NCBI RefSeq assembly: GCF_006345805.1
Contig: NC_043001.1
Coordinates: 29,388,001-29,452,000 of the forward strand
Source: Octopus sinensis
Taxonomy: Eukaryota
DNA length: 64,000 bases
Direction: 5' to 3'
Of the stretch, positions 11,424-25,900 are shown piece after piece. Both the position numbers and the translations under genes were made by a program. The notes below the pieces were generated by a model that made no database searches, had not been told where the DNA came from, and saw nothing but the letters and a program-made list of their open reading frames with translations. How positions within the stretch are numbered: position 1 is the first letter of the stretch; every line of letters starts with the position of its first letter.

Positions 11424-14400
11424 ATGTGCCTAACTGGCAGAGTCTTTAGCACACTTCATGAAATGTGGCTAATTAATGAGAGAGGATGTAAGAAAACTTT
11501 TAATGTAACTAGCAGACTATGAGAGGCAGAGGATAATGTAGTGATTTATTCAAGAGGCAAAATAATAAAATAGCAAGTCATTAGCCCATGCATCAAAGAG
11601 CATGTAGCAACTTAAAACTTGAATGGTTTCTTTTCTTCTGTACTATGACTGGATTTTGTTTTTCTCTTATAATCAGATGGGAAGGTAGTGCTCATGACCA
11701 TTTACTGAGTCTTTGAGACTGGTGGAAAGGAGAAAAGAAAATACAGTGCTGCTCGAGATCTGGCTCAAAAACTTGCAGCAGTGTGAATTCTGTTAAAGAT
11801 GCCTAAAGTGCTAAGTGGTGGAGTGTTACATCTGGATGAAGTGTACCACTAAAGTAAACTATCTGGTAAAAAATTAAACAATCTGATCATAATGCACTCG
11901 CATCAAGATATTCAAGAAAAAATTATTAATTTAGTGTTGACTTACATTGTACACCTTGCTGCTTGTACCTGATAGAGTATTTGCTAAGTATATAACCCCT
12001 TGATTTGTAACAGCAAAATATCTTTTGGCATCAACATAAATATCAGGTATTGTCAGTATAACTTCTCCATTTGGATTCTGAAATTAAGAAAAAATGGCTT
12101 TATACTTAAAGTTCTAACATATTTAAGTTTTGATTTAGAAAAAGTATTTTAAAAATTGGTTAAAATAGTCAAAGTCAAACAACAAATTCTAATTAAAATC
12201 AATTTTCATTAATAATATTTTAGAGATTTTGGCAATTAGACTCATAACAAATATTAATGAAGCTTTTATCAAATGTTGCCTTTCCTAATAAAAGAAATGT
12301 TGCTGCTATTTAACCCCAGATCGGTTCATCTCATTCAGAACCGAATAATGATGAAAGATGTTCCAGTTGTAACCATCTCATTTTTCATTTATTAAGTACA
12401 AAATCAAAATCAAAGAATCAAACCAAAATCGATCAACATCGATGGAATTTGTAGTTTTGTGGTACCAGAGCCGGTGGCACATAAGAAAACCATCTGAACG
12501 TGGCCGTAGCCAGTACCACATCGACTGGCCTCCGTGCTGGTGGCACGTAACAAACACCATCCGATCGTGGCTGTTCGCCAGCCTCATCTGGCACCTGAGT
12601 CGTTGGCACATAAAAAGCACCCACTACACTCACGGAGTGGTTGGTGTTAGGAAGGTCTTCCAGCTGTAGAAACACTGCCAGATCTGACTGGCCTGGTGCA
12701 GCCTTCGGGCTTCCCAGACCCCAGTTGAACCATCCAACCCATGCTAGCATGGAAAGCGGACATTAAACGATGATGATGATGATAAGTACAGTGCAAAGCC
12801 ATCCAGTGTTACTTTCTTCTTCTAAGATGGCAAGGCACAATTCGAGGGAGATTCAAGTTGCTACACATATGATGTTGAGCAAAGATGCGTAGAACCCCCC
12901 CACCCCATCCTTTGGACTTAAGATAAAAGACATGTTTTAAGAGTCATCAACTCTTTTGACAGTTTCTTTGAAATTCTGGGGTATATTTTCAATAGCTAGG
13001 TGAACAGGTAAAATTTAAGGTCAAGTCTGAGACTCAAAAACAGAACAAAATGCTTGCAACACATTTTGAACTCATCCATGAAGAGAAGGTAATCCAATGC
13101 CGTATTTACTTAACTTTTTGTTTTTTGCATAATAAAATCTGTTTTTTTTTAAATATTTTTTTTCTGTTGAAAACTTCTAGGATATTTTCAAATTGTTCTA
13201 TTTTATAATGGCACCTTTTAATTAATCTTTTGAGTAGCATCATTTCAGCAAGACAGAAAACCAAATGCAGCTGTTTCAAAGCAAAAAAAATTCTAAAACT
13301 GAACAAGAGGAGGAGTGGCTGTGTGGTAAGTAGTTTGTTTACCAACCACATGGTTCCGCGTTCAGTCCCACTGCGTGGCACCTTGGGCAAGTGTCTTTTA
13401 CTATAGCCTCAGGCCGACCAAAGCCTTGCGAGTGGATTTGGTAGATGGAAACTGAAAGAAGCCCGTCGAATATATGTATATATTTATATGTGTGTGTTTG
13501 TCCCCCCAACATTGCTTGACAGCTGATGCTGGTGTGTTTATGTCCCCATCACTTAGCGGTTCAGCAAAGAGACCGATAGAATAAGTATTGGGCTTACAAA
13601 GATTAAGTCCTGGAGTCGAGTTGCTCGATTAAAGGCGGTGCTCCAGCATGGCCGCAGTCAAATGACTGAAACAAGTAAAAGAGTAAAGAGTAAGAACAAA
13701 ATTTAAATGGCTTACTTACATTTAAAGACCTGTCTTGATCACTAACTTGTAACTTCAAAATGGTCCTGCTTCGAAGGGCAGTAGTCATTATTGATTCACT
13801 GGCACTGGTGGGTTGCAAAACTGGCGGATAGCTATTTCGTTCAATGTTGACAATAACAAGGGTAGAACCAGACATTGGTTGAGGGGACTGGTCAGTAGCT
13901 ATCACAGTTAACTGGAATATAAAAAAAAAGAAATAAAAAAAATAAGGCCATTGATTAAAGAGTTCTAAAACTTGGAGATTAATTCTTCATATTCGTTGAA
14001 AATATGACCAGTCATTAGAATTAATGGTTTACTAATTTTCTGGTGTAGAATAAAATAAGTCTGTTTTTGACATAGAAAGCATAACCAAAGTTATATGATG
14101 CTCTGTAAAGAATTGTTAGTTTTCATTACTATGCATGAGACACAAGTAAATCCAAATACACAGTTTTTTTATAATAGTAATAACAATGATGAGAACAAAA
14201 AAAAATTTGGTTAATATCTGAGATAATGCTTGAATATTGTAAAATATTTTAGGAGAGAAAGTAAAACAAACAAACAGAAATCTATAGAAAACTTACGTTT
14301 ACTTGATTACCAATGAAACTTGTTGCAAGTGATTCTCTAACATAAATATTTCCCAAATTACCAATGGAGAAATAATTAGAGGATGGAGAGATGCGGTAAT

Positions 14401-17400
14401 TTAATGCATTTGCCTGTAGAAAGAATAAAGTAAGTTACTTAAATCACATACCAATACAATTTTACAATGTTTATATTTAGTAAGTGAATGTAGGTAATTG
14501 TAATCTAGTAAGTGTATGTATAGCTATAATAACCATTTTCTGACAGTTGCAATGAAAGCATTTGTGAACACATTAATCGCAATATGAAGGCCATATCTCT
14601 AATGGAAAGCCTTCATATTGGAATTAATCTTGAAAGTAATTAGGTGTTAGGAAGTAATAGAAATTTATTAAACTATCTTTTTTTTCCTTAGTTAGATGTT
14701 GTTTTGCTCCAGGTTAGCCTTAATTAAGGAAACTTATTGCAGTCATGTTATTCCTATTTGTTTAGGCAATAATAGTGTACACTGGGTCTCATTATCCAAT
14801 GGGTGTTCCTTTTCCAAGATAGCAAGGTGTAGTTTGACAGAAACTTGACTGCTATTTCTAGAAAGTAGCATCACCACATAGAGGTACCAATCATTCATTA
14901 ATGAGTGTATTTAGGCTGGTGTTTGGAATATGACCTAACAACATTCTGTACAGTGGTTTGTGTTAGGAAGGACACCCAGCCATAGAAACTATGCCAAAGT
15001 AGACAGTAAAGTTTGGTGCAGTCTTCTGACTTTCCAGCTCCTATCAAACCATCGAACCCATGCCAACATGGAAAACCAATGTTAAATGATGATGACGATG
15101 ATGATGATGATCAGATTCTCACATAAAGTTATAATGTAAGGTTTTTTATTCAAACATAGACATATGTAAAATTAAGTTGTTCTGTACAATAAAACTAGAT
15201 GTGGTGAACAATCATCTGCAGTGCCAAACTCTGGGGGTGCTACATAAATTCTGAACAATGAAAAGAAAATTTCTTAATTCAACTAAAGACTTATAATTTC
15301 AAATATCAAAGAAATCAGAAGAGGATGGAAGGCAAAACAGGGGTGAGACCATCAAGACAATATACATGCTTATAAATATATATAATTTTGTTGTGTCTGG
15401 GGAGAGTCATTTTCTTTTTGTGCCTTATAATTTAACTCACTCATCGGTAAAATTTCCACTTATTTCTTATTTTTATTTTCCTAAAATTTTCGTTGCGTCT
15501 TGCAGCCTTTTCAATAGTCTTTCAAGATTATTGAAAAGGTTAAATTATAAGGCAAAAAACAGAAAATGACTCTCTTCAGACTCAACAGAATATGCTTCAA
15601 CACACAAACTCACATAAAGAATCTTGCAAACCAAATCCAAAGACAAAATATATAATTTTGTTATATTGTATTTATAATTTCTAGGTCACTATTAATGTGC
15701 AATAATTGAAGAACACTTTTTGAGTTCTTTCTCCACAATGCTTTTTATGAGAACTTCAGTTTCAAGATAAATGCATTTTTGAAGCTTAACTACTTAAAAG
15801 TGTTTATGTGTCATTATTTTGTTATCTTCTTTTCTTGGATTAGAGCAGAAATGTTAAAAAAATCATTGCTAAAAAATTAAAAACAAAAACATAAAAAATT
15901 TTTTATTAACAACAATGTTTTGATTGCTCACCCCAATTTTCTTCATTAACAATGTTTTGATTCATCAAATTCTAGTCGTTATATTTTACTGTTTAAACTA
16001 GCCTTTATTGTGAGCAAGGTTTGTAATCCTGCCATTGCAGTCATCCATTTAAAACTAACATTTTCTAACTATACTGAGTTCAGTAGTATACAGATTATTC
16101 AGTCAAATGTGATGCTTATCTATTCACATTAAAAAAAAAATTAATCATGTATTATCTTGAAGCTTTGAGATTTTGAGGATGTGATTGTTTATTTGTAGAT
16201 TAAGACTGTAGGGTAAGTGTGAGAGGCTGGATCTGGCCACTCTCAACATAAAACAGGCAAAATATTTCGGCCGGATATGACCAGTTTATATGTTAAAAGG
16301 TTCAAGAGATGTTTAGGGTAACAATTTGGCAGAACCATTAACCCTTTCGTTACCAACCCGGCTGAAACCAGCTCTGGATCTGAGTATGTCTTGTTTTAAT
16401 AAGTTTTGAATTAAAATCTTCCACCAAACCTTAGTCACAATTTATGTTCCTAACACTAGCTGAATGATAACTGAGTTATTTTGTTAAATTCTTTGTTATA
16501 TTTAAAGTAATCGAAAGAAACACAGAGCATCTCAAAATAAATGGAGTGTAATGAAAGGGTACTAGGCAAACTGTTTAATGGCATCTCATCCATCTCCATG
16601 CTCTGAGTTCAAATGCTGCCTTTCATCTTTATGGGATTGATAGAATAATTACCAGTTAAGTACTGGGGTCGATGTAATCGACTTACCCCTGCCGCTGAAA
16701 TTTGAAACTAATTTTAAAAAGAGGTCATTGCCAGTACCGCCTGACTGGCCCTCATGCCGGCAGCACGTAAAAAGCATCAACTATACTCTCAGAGTGGTTG
16801 GCGTTAGGAAGGGCATCCAACTATAGAAACTCTGCCAGATCAAGACTGGAGCCTGGTGCAGCCATCTGGTTGCCAGCCCTCAGTCAAAGTCGTCCAACCC
16901 ATGCTAGCATGGAAAACGGACGTTAAACAATGATGATGATGATGGTGATGATGTTTCCATCTGCAAGACTTTGATTAAAAGTATTTCTCAAGATGAAAGA
17001 ATATTATTTACCGAAGAGCTTCCTGCTTGTAAATCTTGGTCTGTAGCTGTTACTTGGAAAATGGTAGTATCTAATGGTGTGTATTCTTTAACATTTACTA
17101 CATAAAATTTCTGACCGAATACTGGAGGATATAAATTATGCTTCACAGTTACAATAACTCTTGCTTCTGAATATCTGTGGGAACCATCACTGGCCTTGAC
17201 ATTGAACTAGAAAATTGAAAAGAGGATAATGAAGTGCATTAAAAATACATGTATTTGTATACACATACACACATCTATATATATAATATATATATATATA
17301 ATATATATATATATACTTACACACACACACACATATATAAATCATGGTTTATAATCATTCAAATGAAAGTAAGAAAATGGAGATATAACCTTTAATAAAA

Positions 17401-17450
17401 ATTTATTATCTGCAAAAATCAACATGGTCTCTTACAGTTATGCATATGTA

Positions 17451-17533
<83 letters not shown>

Positions 17534-17901
17534 CACACAAAGCTGATGTACATGAAGTACAAGCGTTGTTAGAAATAGCAGCCAGTAAGCTATTGGTGCT
17601 ATGTAGAGCTTCGCTAAATGTGTTTACAGACACTAGGGATGCTTAAAAAAGTCAGAAACCATGGTCCAGGAAATAGATGGTAAATGTTTTTATTTTTCAT
17701 TCCCTTCGAGTTTTTATCCCTAATAGTGGTTTGGACTTTAGCTGTTCCTTCTAGCGTGAAAAGAATTCTATGAAGGATACTTCTTATGTGTTTAAATGTA
17801 CACTGTATTTACATGAGTAATATATAGTCTATTGACTAATTTTTCTACAATCTAGGCCACAGGTAGCAAAAATTTCTAAAATCTTTATTACTCTGATATT
17901 A

Positions 17902-17949
<48 letters not shown>

Positions 17950-20900
17950 GGATATGAAGACAAGGGAAGCACCTGGACCATCAGGAATCACCTCCGAGAA
18001 GTGTAAAATATCTGGCATGTGTGGGTTATGGTCTAGTCAGCTGCATCATAAATCAGGTAGTTCATGAAGGAGTGTTTAGTAACATTCCTTTGCATTCTGA
18101 AATCAAATTATGTAATGGTCTCTTTTATTTTTTCATTTTTCTATTATTTTCTTTTATTTTTCATTCTGCTGGCTCTTGTGTGATATACTAAGAACAATTA
18201 ATTATATCCCTCATCTACAAAGTTGTAGCCTTGTATCATTGTAAGAAGTTAATATAAAACTGTTATGTTTGATGCAAGCAGTTTGTCTTGTCTATGGATG
18301 AAGCCTAATTAAAAATTTTAATTAATGTCTTCTAGATAGGTGCAGGAGTGGCTGTGTGGTAAGTAGCTTGCTAACCAACCACATGGTTCTGGGTTCAGTC
18401 CCACTTCGTGGCATCTTGGGCAAGTATCTTCTGCTATAGCCCCGGGCCGACCAATGCCTTGTGAGTGGATTTGGTAGACGGAAACTGAAAGAAGCCCATC
18501 GTATATATATGTATATATGTGTGTGTGTTTGTGTGTCTGTGTTTGTCCCCCTAGCATTGCTTGACAACCGATGCTGGTGTGTTTACGTCCCCGTCACTTA
18601 GCGGTTCGGCAAAAGAGACCGATAGAATAAGTACTGGGCTTACAAAGAATAAGTCCCGGGGTTGATTTGCTCGACTAAAGGCGGTGCTCCAGCATGGCCG
18701 CAGTCAAATGACTGAAACAAGTAAAAGAGTAAAGGAGTAAGAGAGATCAATAACATAATAGTGTTCATAAAATAACTGAAATAATTGTAATAATTCAAAT
18801 AAATAAAAATCAAAGAAGAACTTACCTCATAGTAAGATGTAGGGTTTGATGCAATGTCTCCGTTCACAGTAATTACTCCTGTGATGTTATTGACGGCAAA
18901 ATAGAAGTCACTTTGAGGAATGGAGTATATTACTTGATCCTTAAAATAGATGCCATGGAGATGGAGAAAAATCATGCATTAAAAATATAAACTCTATACA
19001 AATATGTTTTAATTTTAAATAATAAAGAAAAGTAACAATCTGATTTTAAAATATTTTTTAATTGTGGCATGTAAAAAGTACCATCCGAATGTGGCCGATG
19101 CCAGCGCCGCCTTGACTGGCTTCCGTGCTGGTGGCACATAAAAAGCACCAATCCGATCATGGTCATTGCCAGCCCTGCCTGGCACCTGTGCCGGAGGCAC
19201 GTAAAAAGCACCCACTACACTCACGGAGTGGTTGGCGTTAGGAAGGGCATCCAGCTGTAGAAACACTGCCATATCAGACTGAAGCCTGGTGCAGTATCCT
19301 GGCTTTCCAGATCTTGGTTGAACCGTCCAACCCATGCTAGCATGGAAAGCGGACATTAAACGATGATGATGATGATGATGTTATACCTTTACGTCTATTA
19401 GTTGTTCCAACAACATATGTCACCAAAACAGATACATAAAAGATACTGATTTGAAAAGATTAAAAATATATACAAATTTTGCATACAGATACATTTTTGT
19501 TTTTGCTGGTATTTGTGCACATTAGCCTCGTCCTTGTTGGAAATTTGATCTTTGGATCTTGTTGGCTGCGTTTGAAAACCTTGTCATCATTTAGTATATC
19601 CAAGACAAAGTCCCTTTTCACCAAAGGACATTACTGGGAATTTTTGTGGCGAGGATTGCAAGCTGACCAGGCAATTGTCAATTACACAGTGATTATGTTG
19701 ATTACAGTAAGGATCTAGTCTAACTAATGTTACCTGTTTAGAGCTGGGTGGACTTAATAATGTGAGGTTTAAGTCCTTTAACCCTTTCATTAGCAACCTG
19801 GCTGAAACTGGCTCTGGCTCTGAGTACAAATGTCTTGTTTTCAAAAGTTTTGAACTAAAATCTTTCACCAAACCTTTGTCACAATTTATGTTCTTAACAC
19901 TAGCTGAATGATAACTAAGTTATTTTACTAAATTCTTTGTTATAGTTAAAGTAATTGAAAGAAGAACAGAGATTCTCACGATAAATACAGTAACGAAAGG
20001 GTTAACTTTTGATACAGTATTCTGCTTGCTAGATCTTTTTGGTTGGTTATTTGATACTATATTTATTTGAAGAATTTTAGCTTTCTTACTAAAGTTAAGA
20101 CCACGAGAATATCAGTTAGAATTATAAAAGAGCTAGCATGTGGATCTACAGGTTCAGCAATTTGTATCTCAAACCTGTACAAGGTTGAATCCAGGTAAAA
20201 AATAAGAAAAAAAAAAAACTACAATAAACAAAACCATATACAAGTTACAGTAGGTTTGCCTTTCTTGAGATAAAAAATATTACTACAAGGGACTGTAAAA
20301 TTACTGAATATTTCATTAGGTTACTGTGTCTAGAGTAGATAAGGGATAATATCGAGTCTCTCTTTTTTTGAATCACTACATAAAGACATTGGATCTCAAT
20401 AATATCATAATATGAAGGCTTAATGATTGCATATTAGCTATTATTTCTTATGATGTTTAACATATTTACACAAGTATGGTTGCAAGAAATAAAATATTCC
20501 ACATGAAAAAGATTATTTTCTTTGAATGACAATTTTGTGAAATTATAATGCTTACCCCATCTCTATCAGTAGCAGATACAATACCAACAACGTCATTCTT
20601 TGAAGCTTTAGAAGTGATATTGAATTTATATTCACTTTGCTGGAATACTGGTATGTTTGAACGGCTGACAACATTGACTGTAATTCGCATGGTAGCTGTA
20701 TTCTTGGGGTAGCCATTGTCTTCTGCTTGGATATCAAGCTGTCAGAGATAAAACAGAATAGAAAGTGAAAAGATGCTCTCATTTTATTTAATTATTTATG
20801 TAAAATTCTGGAATACCTCCTCTATCTTCTGGACTTGCAATATCCTTAATCTTTAATTAATTCTTTATTTAGAAATTTAAAACACTGGGTACTTCTTATT

Positions 20901-22941
20901 TTATTAAGTACCAATAACACTTCATGATGGGTATAACCAGTGCTTAAGTTATTAATCTTGATGGAAGGAAAAATATTACAACAGCATTCAAAATGAAAAT
21001 AGAAGATTAAAGCAAAATACTCTAAAGCATTTAGTGCAATGGTTTATCTTATTTATTAAATACATTTCTCACTACATCCACACATTGAAAAGTTTTAATA
21101 TTACTTACTATGTATTTCTTTGTAGGACTTGGATTTTGGCTTAGCAAAGCTGTAACTGTCACATCACCAGTTTCAGGATTCACATAGAAATAGCTTTTGC
21201 CAGATGGTGGATTGTAATTAATAATCTTGTAGGTAATTCGACCATTTTCACCCTGAAGAAGAAATAAAAATAAATATGATATCCATTAATAAACTGTTGA
21301 GCAGTAATGATTTCTAACATTGGTACTGGGCTCCGTGGTTACAGCATCGAGCTTACGATCATGAGGTTGTGAGTTTGATTCCTACACCGGACTGTGAGTT
21401 GTCTTCTTGAGCAAGACACTTTGTTTCATGTTGCTCCAGTTCACTCAGCTGTAGAAATGAGTTGTGACATCACTGGTGCCAAGCTGTATCGGCCTTTGCT
21501 GTTCCCTTGGATAACATCAGTGGTGTGGAGTGAGGAGGCTGGTAAGCATGAGCGACTGCTAGTCTTCCATAAACAACCTTATCCGGATTTGTACCTCGGA
21601 GGGTAACTTTCTAGGTGAAATTCCATGGTCATTCATGACCAAAGGGGGTCATTACCCTTCACTGGGCTACAAATTTAAAGTAGAGATAATGGATGGGTGC
21701 AATCAGATATATCAACTCTAATATATGATGGGTACTTATGCCATCACTCCTGGGATGATGACAGGCAGAGTAGATCATGACGAGGTATGAACTTAGAATA
21801 TAACCTGTTGATTTGAAATTAGAACATTCAACTGTTCATCGTCACAATAATCATTTAGCATCAATTTCCCATGCTGGTATGGGTTAAACGACTTGACTGG
21901 AACTAGTGAGTTAGAGAACTGTACTAGGCTCCAGTTAGTTTTGGCTTGGCTTCTACAGCTGGATGTCCTTCCTAATGCCACTCACTCCACAGAGCGTACT
22001 AGGTACCTTTAACTCTTTAGTGTTCCAATTATTCTATCAAACATAATGCTTATTGATTCACATTGATTTGAATTAATCATGCATTATCTCATATCTTCAA
22101 GATCTTGATGGTGTAATTACTTAATGTAGAATAACATTGTAGGGTAGGTGTGAGAGCCTGGATCCAGTCAGTTTGAACATAAAACAGATTAAATATTTTG
22201 GCCGGATATGGCCGGTTTAAATACTAAAGGGTTAAAGTGTCACTGGCACTGGTACCTTTAACACGTCACTGGAATGGGTGCCTTTAGTGGGCCACTGGCA
22301 TGGGTGCCTTTTACATGTCCTTAGCATGAGTACCTGTTATGTGTTGATGGCACTGGTCAGGACTATGATTTCACTTAGGTTGACATGTCTTTTCAAGCAC
22401 AGCAAAATGCCAAAAAGTCTCAGTCACTTGTCATTCATTATTTTTTTTTATTTTCAGGAGGATTTTGAAGGTAATAATAGTAATAATAATGGAACAAGGT
22501 AATAATAGTAATAATAATAGGAACAAGGCTACAGATTTGAGATGGCGAATTGTTACTTCATCAAATCAACTCCAGTAAACTTTTATTTATTAACTTTGGA
22601 ATGAGGAAAATTGAAGTTGACCTCATCAGAATTTTAATTCAAATAGTAAAAAGCCTGAACAAATACTATTAGGTAACAATTCTACCAGTACACTGCAATA
22701 AGATAACAGTAATAAAAAATAATGAGAGGGATTTAAGCTCAGAATGCAAGAAGCTGAAGGAAATGTAACTAAGCCTTTTCTCCAATGTACTAATGATTCT
22801 GTTAGTTTACTGCCTTTATAATGATGATGATGAGGAAATAATAATGACAATAGTAATAATAATGAACTCCTAACTTGTCTCTTGAGGTCTCTGGGTGAGA
22901 TTTGGAGCCAACTTGTACAAATACAAAGCAAAAGTCAAACA

Positions 22942-22991
<50 letters not shown>

Positions 22992-25900
22992 TAATAATAA
23001 TAATACTTTCTATAACAGGAACAAGGCCTGAAATTTGAGGGAGGGGTATAGTTGATTACATTGATCCCAGTATTCAACTGGTACTTATTTTATTGACCCC
23101 GAAAGGATGAAAGGCAAAGTCAACTTAGAACTTAAAGAGCCAAAAGAAATGCCACGGAACATTTTGTCTTTCACATTAATGATTATGACAGGTCACTGCC
23201 TTAATAAAGGGTTGTCAGAAACGTCTAGACAACATCCCAGGAGAACCATGTGTCACAGAAATCAAAAAGATTGTCCTGCAAGTATTACCCACATCCTCAG
23301 GAAAACCTTATCAATTTAAATGTCTGTTTTATATTATATGGAGATATTTCACTACTTCCCCCACCACTTCCCTTCCACAAGCTTTCAGTTATACTGTAAC
23401 ATCTCTTATCCTTCACTTGCCCTTGGGTGCTGGGTGTGTCTTGGCAACCAACCACATGGTTCCAGGTTCAGTCCCACTGCATGGCACCTTGGGCAAGTGT
23501 CTTCTACTATAGCCCCAGGCCGACCAATGCCTTGTGAGTGGATTTGGTAGACGGAAACTGAAAGAAGCCTGTCGTATATGTATTTATATGTATGTGTGTG
23601 TTTGTCCCCCTAGCATTGCTTGACAACTGATGCTGGTGTGTTTATGTCCCCGTCACTTAGCGGTTCGGCAAAAGAGACCGATAGAATAAGTACTGGGCTT
23701 ACAAAAAATAAGTCCCGGGGTCGATTTGCTCGACTAAAGGCGGTGCTCCAGCATGGCCACAGTCAAATGACTGAAACAAGTAAAAGAGTAATAATAGTAA
23801 TAATAATAATAAAAGTAAAAGATATGAAAATAGAGAAAGCAGAATATAACTTGAAAATAAAAACAATCTTTGTAATAGTATGCACTGTAACACTTATTCA
23901 AAAAGATGTTGACAAATATGTAACCAAAATCTCAGGACTTGCATGTACACACAGTATACTGAAAACAGTACTAGGCATTGCATACATTAAGCAGAGTACT
24001 TTTATATGAATGAATAATAGGTTAAGAATGAAGGAACAGAGATTGTGTAGCTAATAGGATGATTTCTTTGAAGAAAATAAATGGTGCTTACAGTATCAGG
24101 ATCAGTAGCTATAGCCTTATAGAAGACATGTCCAATCGTTGTGTCATCAGTTATAGAAATTTCCACATTGGTGCTATTAAATCTTGGAGCAGTGTTTCTA
24201 CGGATTATCTTTACAATAACTGTGGTTGTTGCGGAACTTGATGTATCGTTTTTCCGGAATGCCTTCACTTCAATCTGTTTGGCAAAAATGAATAATAATT
24301 ACAGTTCAGGAATATTGCATACATGCCAGTAAAGTATTACATTTAATATACAAAGCCAGTAACACCCAAAGCATTTTAAATCAAAATGAAATGTATATTA
24401 TTATATAGTATTATAAACATCTGCAATTTAATTTTATATTGTAGTAATCAGTTTTTCTTGTGTTTTAAATATTTAGTAAATATTTTAGTTGGCCTTTGAA
24501 TCTGCAGGGTGATGCTACTGCCAGAAGTCAATAGCCATGGCTGAAGGGAGACAACCGTTTATCTTTGTGGTTTTTTTGGTGACCATAAGATGGTAGCATG
24601 GCTGAAGCTTGATGGCTAATGGCAAAGGGAGACAATCACCTTGTGTTTACTTTTATAACAAGACTTTTCCCCCTCCATATTTTGAAGAAATCTCAGGCCA
24701 GAAGTATTTGCAGTTTGAATATACACCATAAGGCTAAACCCCTTATGAGTGAGAAACCCAGGGTAACCCCTTAACCCAGCCTCTCTCATTATAAAATATA
24801 TATGAAATACTTTCTCAGGAATTGTATTTAAAATCCTATAATTGTTAGATGTATCAATTTCTACTATGAAATATCAATCTCTTAGGAGATCTATACTCCT
24901 AAACATTTCAGAACAAACTTTAAGGTGAATGAATCACACCAGATGATCAAAGCTTTTGCTAATCGAAATATGTTGATGAAGAGGGTGATTGTTCAAATAT
25001 AAACTGTGTAATAACAAATATCAGGCTGAGTAAAAAGTAAGCAATATTTTGAAACATGAAATTCATCACAATATATTTCAGTGATGTGGAAATTTTATTC
25101 ATCAAAGTAAATACCATTACAATGAACTCATTTTTGCTAATGAGTTACAAGTTGTTTATTCTGGTAACATAAAAATCTGGAGTTTCTGGAGCTGATGAAC
25201 TCTTTGAATGCACTTTCAGCATTGGTTTGATTTTTGAACTCTTTCTCTTGCAGGAAACTATCAAATTGCTTGAAAAAGTTGAAGTCGGTAGGAGAAAGTT
25301 CAGGGGAATAAGCTGGGTGGGGAAGAACTTTGTAGGCAAGTTCCTTTAACTTCTAGAGCATTATTAGTGAAACGCGTGGTCAAGCATTGTCATGAAGAAT
25401 GATTGGCTCTCTTCAGTTGACCAGTCTGGGATGGAGGAGTAACAGTTTTTTGTTCATTTTGGTAATTTCATGGCAGTATGTTTCTGCAGTAATGGTTTTC
25501 CCAGGTTTTAAGAAGTTATAGTGGATGAGTCCAGCAGTACACCACCAAACAGTCACCATAACCTTCTTTTTGAAGAGCTCAGGTTTAGGGAAGGTTTGTG
25601 GTCTTCATTTTGGTCCAACCACTGTGAAGAATGTTTTTTATTATTGTACAGAATCCACTTTTCCCCACAAGTTACAATATGGTCAAGAAATGGATTGGTC
25701 TGGTTATGGAGAAGAAGCAACAAACAAATTTCATATCTGGGCATTTTTTGATTTTCATTCAAATCATGTGGTACCCATTTGTCAAGTTTTTTTAATTTTC
25801 TGATCACATGCAAATGGTTGCAGGCAGTTTTCTGACTAACTTGAAGTTTTTTTGCCTGTTCTTGAGTAGTTTTATGTGGATCTTTCTCAATGACGGTCTT

